DNA of 32,000 bases, from the NCBI RefSeq assembly GCF_000025925.1, contig NC_014033.1, positions 3,390,001-3,422,000 of the forward strand. The letters run 5' to 3'. Within the stretch, counting starts at the first letter, position 1. Each line of letters begins with the position of its first letter. The notes beneath the pieces are model-generated. The model saw only the letters and a program-made list of their open reading frames with translations, searched no databases and was not told the DNA's origin. Positions 26,847-32,000 of this stretch are shown one piece after another. Both the position numbers and the translations under genes were made by a program. The stretch is from Xylanibacter ruminicola 23. GTDB taxonomy: Bacteria > Bacteroidota > Bacteroidia > Bacteroidales > Bacteroidaceae.

Positions 26847-27722
26847 ATGACAAACGAAAGACAAGCGTTAAACCGCCAGTTAGCTCAGATGCTGAAGGGT
26901 GGTGTTATAATGGACGTGACTACTCCCGAGCAGGCCAAGATAGCCGAAGAGGCTGGTGCCTGCGCTGTAATGGCCCTCGAACGTATTCCTGCCGACATCC
27001 GTGCAGCAGGAGGTGTTAGCCGTATGAGCGACCCTAAGATGATTCGTGGCATCCAGGAGGCTGTAACTATTCCCGTGATGGCCAAGTGCCGTATCGGTCA
27101 TATTGCCGAGGCTCAGATCTTGCAGGCCATCGAGATTGATTATATCGACGAGAGCGAGGTGCTCAGCCCAGCCGATAACATCTATCATATCGATAAGACC
27201 AAGTTCGATGTGCCCTTTGTGTGTGGTGCCAAGAACCTTGGCGAGGCCCTGCGCCGTATTGCCGAGGGCGCTACCATGATTCGTACTAAGGGCGAACCAG
27301 GTACCGGCGATGTAGTACAGGCTGTGAGTCACATGCGCCTGATGCAGAGCGAGATCCGCCGATTGGTATCTATGAGCGAGGATGAGCTTTACGAGGCAGC
27401 CAAGCAGTTGCAGGCCCCTTACGAGCTGGTACGCTACGTACACGATAATGGCAAGCTGCCTGTGGTTAACTTTGCTGCTGGTGGTGTGGCTACCCCTGCC
27501 GATGCTGCGCTCATGATGCAACTTGGTGCCGAGGGTGTGTTTGTAGGTAGCGGTATCTTTAAGAGTGGCAACCCCCGCAAGCGTGCTGCCGCCATCGTAC
27601 AGGCCGTAACCAACTGGCAGGATGCCAAGCTGCTGGCCCAGCTCTCCGAGGATCTTGGCGAGGCTATGGTAGGTATCAACGAGCAGGAGATCCAGCTCTT
27701 AATGGCCGAGAGAGGTAAGTGA
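26847..27722 (+). CDS. pdxS: pyridoxal 5'-phosphate synthase, lyase subunit PdxS
   Basis: [52 protein letters not shown]...[10 protein letters not shown]...[31 protein letters not shown] is the near-invariant PdxS/SNZ signature. The start was moved to ATG 26847. Confidence 0.95.
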   Translation: MTNERQALNRQLAQMLKGGVIMDVTTPEQAKIAEEAGACAVMALERIPADIRAAGGVSRMSDPKMIRGIQEAVTIPVMAKCRIGHIAEAQILQAIEIDYIDESEVLSPADNIYHIDKTKFDVPFVCGAKNLGEALRRIAEGATMIRTKGEPGTGDVVQAVSHMRLMQSEIRRLVSMSEDELYEAAKQLQAPYELVRYVHDNGKLPVVNFAAGGVATPADAALMMQLGAEGVFVGSGIFKSGNPRKRAAAIVQAVTNWQDAKLLAQLSEDLGEAMVGINEQEIQLLMAERGK

Positions 27723-27745
27723 ATAGTGAAGAGTGAATAGTGAAA
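27718..27745 (+). repeat. 14-nt tandem duplication forming the pdxS-pdxT spacer
   Basis: agtgaatagtgaag (27718-27731) is followed by agtgaatagtgaaa (27732-27745). The first copy contains the pdxS stop TGA (27720-27722). The second copy runs into the pdxT ATG (27745). Confidence 0.8.
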
Positions 27746-28344
27746 TGAAAGCAGCAGTGTTGGCCCTGCAAGGGGCATTTATAGAGCACGAGCAGGTGCT
27801 GCAACGCCTAGGCGTTGAAACGGTGGAGATTCGCCAATTAAAGGATTGGCAAAAGTTTGTCTCCTCAGCATCCCCCTCCCTTTTGGGAGGGGTTAGGGGT
27901 AGGCTTGATGGGGGTAGGCTCCTCATCCTGCCTGGTGGCGAAAGCACCGTGCAGCTGCGCCTGCTCAAGGAGTTGGGGCTTTTCGAACCCATCCGCCAGG
28001 CCATTGCCGATGGCATGCCTGTGCTAGGCACCTGTGCTGGCATGATTCTGCTCTCACAGGGTTATCTGGGCACTATGGACATCCGTGTGCGTCGCAACGC
28101 CTACGGTCGCCAGTTAGGCAGTTTCCACACCACAGGCACTGTCGAAGGCATTGGCGACGACGTGCCTATGACCTTTATCCGTGCACCGTATATCGAAGAG
28201 GTGCTGTCGGCCGATTGTCAGCCGATAGCCGAAGTAGATGGCCATATCGTTGCCGCTCGTCAGGGTAACCAGATTGCCACGGCATTCCACCCCGAACTCG
28301 ACAGCGATACCCGCCTGCACCAATTGCTTATTTCGTTACAATAA
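27745..28344 (+). CDS. pdxT: pyridoxal 5'-phosphate synthase, glutaminase subunit PdxT (with ~20-aa in-frame insertion)
   Basis: MKAAVLALQGAF, LPGGEST, the GTCAG nucleophile elbow, RNAYGRQ and FHPEL (His/Glu). The ORF-track start 27733 is a GTG codon, and ATG 27745 is preferred. Confidence 0.9.
   Translation: MKAAVLALQGAFIEHEQVLQRLGVETVEIRQLKDWQKFVSSASPSLLGGVRGRLDGGRLLILPGGESTVQLRLLKELGLFEPIRQAIADGMPVLGTCAGMILLSQGYLGTMDIRVRRNAYGRQLGSFHTTGTVEGIGDDVPMTFIRAPYIEEVLSADCQPIAEVDGHIVAARQGNQIATAFHPELDSDTRLHQLLISLQ
27859..27918 (+). repeat. GC-rich hairpin / G-run element embedded in frame in pdxT
   Basis: cccctccc-tttt-gggagggg (27873-27892). ggggtaggc occurs twice (27896-27904 and 27911-27919). G-runs lie at 27885-87, 27889-92, 27896-99 and 27910-14. 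The element encodes VSSASPSLLGGVRGRLDGGR. Confidence 0.7.
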
Positions 28345-30763
28345 TAACTACTCCGTTCTTTAGGCCGCCACTCTCACATGTCAGGGTGGCGGTTGTTTTT
28401 TGTGTGGTGCTCTGCACCAGCACCTGTGCCCTGCCGTTAAAGGCTGGCACGCTGAATGTCTTACAGTTCAGCTCCTTGGGATGGTCGATGCCTGCATACA
28501 TCGGGTCGCCGTTGCCCACACCTAATATGCGGGCATCACCCTCTAATCGCAGGCTCAACATCGGACAGGCATCAGGCACTACGCGCCCTTTCTTGTCCTG
28601 CACCTCGATGGTCACCACTGCCAGGTCCTGTCCGTCGGCCGTAATCGTCTGTCGGTCGGTCTTCAGCACTGTCTTATAGGCAGGCTTGGTGGTCTCTATG
28701 GTCTGTGTCAGTGTGCGCTTGCCGTTCTTGTAGCCTATGGCCACCACCTTACCTGGCTGGTAGGTGGCTTTCCACTTCAGGTGCCCGTTCTTCGGCATCG
28801 CCTGTCGGCCCAGTTTCTTTCCGTTCACTATCAGTTCTACCTCGTCGCAGTTGCTGTAGGCCCACAGTTCTATCTCCTCGCCCTCGTGACCCTGCAGGTT
28901 CCAGTGTGGCAGCAGGTGCAGCGTAGGCTCATCCGTCCACCAGGCTTTCAGATAGTAAGCCTCGTCTTTCCAGAATCCGCAGTAGTCCAGGATACCGAAT
29001 TCCGAGTCGTGCGCAGGATAGGACAGGGGATTGGGCTCGCCGCGATAGTCAAAGCCCGTCCAGTAGAACAGTCCTGCAGCCCATGGTCGCTCGTCGTAGA
29101 ACTTCCAGCCGCGCTCAATGATGTTCTCGTAGTTCTGTTCCATGGTACGGTTCATACTCACCATGCGCCCCTTGCAGTCGGGGTTGTTAAAGTAGATGCC
29201 GCGTGTGCCGCAGCCCGTTGTCTCTTCGGTGCCCACAATCTTCCAGTCGGGGTTGGCCTTCTTACGGTTATCCACATCGTTCTGGATAATGTAGTTAAAT
29301 CCCTTCACGTCCAGTCCCTTTATCAGCTCGGTACCGCCAGCATTAGCCACCGTACTGGGGCGTGTAGGGTCGTACAGTCTGGTGTATTCGCGCATGGCTT
29401 CGGCCAGTCGTGTGCCCTGTATGTTGTTTTCCAAGCCCCATTCCTCGTTGCCGTCGCTCCACAGGATAATGCTGGGGTGATTACGGTCGCGCTTAATCAT
29501 CCGCTCCAGCAGTCGCAGATGCTCGTCGTTGATGCCCATCAGTCGGTTCTCGTCGATGACTAAGATGCCCTCGCGGTCGCAGATGTCCAGCAGTGCTGGC
29601 GTCATGGGGTTGTGCGATGCGCGATAGGCATTGCAGCCAAAGGCCTTCAGCTGCTTAATGCGCCATGCCTGCAAGGCATCGGGAATGGCAGCGCCTACAC
29701 CCGCATGGTCCTGATGCAGGTTCACGCCCTTCAGCTTCAGGGGCTGGCCGTTCAGCAAGAAACCACGGTCGGCTGTAAACTGTATATCACGCAAACCTGT
29801 TGTTGTTTCGTACACATCCGTTACCTTACCATCTACCTTTACCGTGGTCTCCACCTTATACAGATAGGGTTCGGTGGTGCTCCACAGGTGCGGATTAGAA
29901 ATCTTTATCCGATGATCGGTTGTTCGCGTTTCTTTGGCGAGTATAGGGTACGTGAATCCGCTGACGTGTGCCACCTCTCTGCCTTCGGCATCCAGTATTC
30001 GCTGCTCAACCTCATATAGCTGGGTTTTCAAGCTGCTGTTGGTCACCTCTGTCTTTACATGTACCACAGCCTCGTTGTAAGGCTGCTGCAGTTCGGCGTA
30101 CACAAACGTACCGAAAGGTGCCACGCTGACCTGTGCCGCTTTCTCCAACCACACGTCGCGATAGATGCCGGCGCCCTCGTAAAACCACCCCTCCTCCAGG
30201 GTGGCATCGGCGCGCACGCATATCAGGTTGTCGTCGCCGTATTTGATATAGGGTGTGATGTCGTAGGTCTGTGTGGCGTAACCGCTGGGTTCGATGCCCA
30301 TATAAAAGCCGTTGAACCATACACGGGCATTGCGGAAGATGCCGTCGAAGCGCAGCATCAGTCGCTTGCCCAGATCCTCGTTGGGTATGTGGATGGTTTT
30401 GCGATACCATCCCACGCTGGTTTCAGGGTATTTGTAGCCCACCGTCTTATAGCCGTGCGAGTGACTGGCTTCGGCCGCATAGGGCAGTGTGGTCACCCAG
30501 TCGTGCGGCAACTGCACCTCGTGCCAACGGTTGTCCTCCACAAATTTCTGCGCGTACGGTCCCTCGTTGTGTATCGAGTTGGCCTTTGTCAGATAGTTAA
30601 AATACTCCGTGCCGCAACCGAAGTCCTTTTGAGGGTCGGCAGCGTTTCCCAGTGCAAATCGCCATCCCTTGTCAAGTCGGATGGTTTCGCGTACGCTCTG
30701 TGCATTCAAGTTGGCAGTTAGCAGGCAGCCTATCGCTGCTACAATCATCGTTTTAAGTTTCAT
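28328..30763 (-). CDS. GH2 beta-galactosidase-like glycoside hydrolase, secreted
   Basis: Signal peptide MKLKTMIVAAIGCLLTANLNAQS. GH2 sugar-binding domain WFYEGAGIYRDVWL. TIM-barrel segments NAYRASHNP and HPSIILWSDGNEEWG (acid/base Glu). The start was moved to ATG 30763 because the -7 box lies inside the longer ORF. The 3' end overlaps pdxT by 17 nt. Confidence 0.88.
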   Translation of the reverse strand: MKLKTMIVAAIGCLLTANLNAQSVRETIRLDKGWRFALGNAADPQKDFGCGTEYFNYLTKANSIHNEGPYAQKFVEDNRWHEVQLPHDWVTTLPYAAEASHSHGYKTVGYKYPETSVGWYRKTIHIPNEDLGKRLMLRFDGIFRNARVWFNGFYMGIEPSGYATQTYDITPYIKYGDDNLICVRADATLEEGWFYEGAGIYRDVWLEKAAQVSVAPFGTFVYAELQQPYNEAVVHVKTEVTNSSLKTQLYEVEQRILDAEGREVAHVSGFTYPILAKETRTTDHRIKISNPHLWSTTEPYLYKVETTVKVDGKVTDVYETTTGLRDIQFTADRGFLLNGQPLKLKGVNLHQDHAGVGAAIPDALQAWRIKQLKAFGCNAYRASHNPMTPALLDICDREGILVIDENRLMGINDEHLRLLERMIKRDRNHPSIILWSDGNEEWGLENNIQGTRLAEAMREYTRLYDPTRPSTVANAGGTELIKGLDVKGFNYIIQNDVDNRKKANPDWKIVGTEETTGCGTRGIYFNNPDCKGRMVSMNRTMEQNYENIIERGWKFYDERPWAAGLFYWTGFDYRGEPNPLSYPAHDSEFGILDYCGFWKDEAYYLKAWWTDEPTLHLLPHWNLQGHEGEEIELWAYSNCDEVELIVNGKKLGRQAMPKNGHLKWKATYQPGKVVAIGYKNGKRTLTQTIETTKPAYKTVLKTDRQTITADGQDLAVVTIEVQDKKGRVVPDACPMLSLRLEGDARILGVGNGDPMYAGIDHPKELNCKTFSVPAFNGRAQVLVQSTTQKTTATLTCESGGLKNGVVIIVTK

Positions 30764-30790
30764 TGTTTGCTGTTTATAGTTATTTTTTTG

Positions 30791-30798
30791 CAAAGATA
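30791..30798 (-). promoter_or_regulatory. -7 promoter box (TAtcTTTG) for the GH2 gene
   Basis: The reverse complement of caaagata is tatctttg. It lies 27 nt upstream of ATG 30763. Confidence 0.5.
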
Positions 30799-30885
30799 GT
30801 GCAAATCGCGCGAAATACAAAATTATTTTTCGCAAAGTCGTTCTATAATACTAACAATCAGCAAAATAGTACAAACGATCATCGG

Positions 30886-32000
30886 TTATAATCTTATGCC
30901 GATGGCGGTGTTGATAAACCAGTCGTTCAGATAGCCATGAGTGCTTTGGTGGCGATAGCGTATGTTGTTAAACTGTCCGTAGGCACTGATAAAGTAGCGT
31001 CCGAAGTTGTAGGTGACCGACATGCGTGTGTCGAATCCCAGACTGATACCGCTGTTGATGGTTTTGTCGCCCATGGGTGTGATGTGCACATGGCTATAGA
31101 ACCACTCGTCCCATTCCTCGTTGCTGATGTCTTCGCTCCAGAATCTGTCGTCGGTCATCAGTTCGGGCACGTTGGTGGCGTAGGCAAACACCTTCAGTTT
31201 GTTCACGAATGTCACCATGGGCATCAGCATCACGTTAACCAGCAGTCCGCGTGCTGGCACCCAGTTGTAGGCATAGCCCACGCCAGCGCTGCCCTGCCAC
31301 AGCTTTACTTTGCCCAGTCCGTGCATCAGGTACACCAGGTCGCCATTCAGGTCGGTGGCATAGTCGATACGCGTATAGTTGTACATCAGTCCGGCCATGA
31401 GCGATCCAGCCGAACGTTTCTGTATCACCGACTGGTCGTAGGCCGCTGCATACGAGAATTTCTTGCCGTTGAACATATAGTAGCCATCGGCAATCACGGT
31501 TCGCACGTGTATAGGGTCTATCAGTTGTACGTCGTCCCAGGTTTTCTGTTCTTCCTCGCTCAGCAGTTCGCTGTTCAGGTTGATGCTGGGGTTGCTGTTG
31601 TCGAACGAGTGTATGCGCACGTTCACGCCGTAGGCGCCTCCAGTGGCACCAAACACCAGGTTGCTACCTTTATCGCCGCCCACGTTCACGGTGTAGCCGA
31701 TGCCATAGCCTCGGTAGCCCGCCCAGAAACCTACGTACTGTGAGGGCTGCGTTTTAAGATAGGGTCGGGCACTGTAGTCCACGCCTAATATGTTTCCATC
31801 GGCGTTCATACTCACAATCGTCTGACTCACATTGCCCTTGGCTATCAGTTGCCATGGTTTCTCAGAAGCATCAATATAGCTACGGTCGAGGCCTCTCACC
31901 GACATCGAGTCGATCATCGTGCCCACTTTCTTCACGAAAGTAGTCAGGCCCCCTTGCGCCGTCGCCGTCCCGCAACAGCCCATACCTATTGCTAAAATGA
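30886..32000 (-). CDS. DUF4421-like (Bacteroidota-specific, probably outer-membrane beta-barrel) protein; N-terminus outside window
   Basis: The frame stays open beyond M at 31983 to the window edge (...ILAIGMGCCGTATAQ looks like the end of a signal peptide). The sequence is rich in alternating Tyr/Gly strands and ends with an aromatic-rich strand. The family assignment is from memory only. Confidence 0.55.
   Translation of the reverse strand, partial: ILAIGMGCCGTATAQGGLTTFVKKVGTMIDSMSVRGLDRSYIDASEKPWQLIAKGNVSQTIVSMNADGNILGVDYSARPYLKTQPSQYVGFWAGYRGYGIGYTVNVGGDKGSNLVFGATGGAYGVNVRIHSFDNSNPSINLNSELLSEEEQKTWDDVQLIDPIHVRTVIADGYYMFNGKKFSYAAAYDQSVIQKRSAGSLMAGLMYNYTRIDYATDLNGDLVYLMHGLGKVKLWQGSAGVGYAYNWVPARGLLVNVMLMPMVTFVNKLKVFAYATNVPELMTDDRFWSEDISNEEWDEWFYSHVHITPMGDKTINSGISLGFDTRMSVTYNFGRYFISAYGQFNNIRYRHQSTHGYLNDWFINTAIGIRL

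Noticed and set aside
27889-27900. A telomere-like GGGGTTAGGGGT string.
   Set aside because: It is a single short occurrence inside the G-rich insert. It is already covered by the hairpin/G4 interpretation, and there is no reason to invoke telomeric function in a bacterial chromosome.
27861-27925. CTCCTCA occurs at both edges of the pdxT insert (27861-27867 and 27919-27925), resembling a target-site duplication.
   Set aside because: The copies are 58 nt apart, which is not a multiple of 3. Precise excision between them would frameshift pdxT. A 7-mer repeat at this distance is also easily due to chance.
28328-28344. A 17-nt overlap of the convergent pdxT and GH2 3' ends.
   Set aside because: Both C-termini look normal for their families. 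A short convergent overlap is simple genome compaction, with no palindrome or other structure seen, unlike the HIT/manC junction.

Overview
This is a 32-kb, gene-dense and apparently core chromosomal segment with 22 protein genes and 1 tRNA. It looks like a Bacteroidota genome, probably Prevotella/Bacteroides-like. Support: roughly 50% GC by eye; TAnnTTTG -7 promoter boxes 20-30 nt upstream of most first-cistron ATGs; no Shine-Dalgarno sequences; a SusB-type GH97; lipoprotein/Sec signal peptides. Content from left to right: an esterase fragment; a tightly packed minus-strand alpha-glucan operon (GH77 malQ, GH97 alpha-glucosidase, GH13 pullulanase); an orphan SBP_bac_3-histidine kinase and RNase R; an overlapping NAD-epimerase/PAP2 membrane-protein pair; greA; a HIT protein; mannose-1-P guanylyltransferase; tRNA-Leu(CAA); a GH28-like hydrolase; hemolysin-III; an acetyl/succinyl CoA-transferase; a membrane TPR-PP2C phosphatase; a LacI regulator plus a 967-aa TonB-type beta-barrel; a ThiD/PdxK-like::AraC fusion directly upstream of pdxS-pdxT; a GH2 beta-galactosidase; and a DUF4421-like protein that runs off the window. 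I saw no CRISPR array, rRNA, transposase/integrase, phage genes or recognisable defence genes. The best candidate for something undescribed is the degenerate vitamer-kinase::AraC regulator that appears co-transcribed with PLP synthase. Next in interest: (1) a 60-nt GC-rich hairpin/G-run element inserted in frame in pdxT; (2) a 30-bp-arm inverted repeat built of AATCCGTGT 9-mers between two divergent promoters; (3) a terminator inside the long greA leader; (4) GCAA-N4-TTGC (LacI/PurR-type) palindromes. All protein calls come from motif recognition by eye. No searches were run, and several ORF-track starts were moved using promoter-box and homology arguments.
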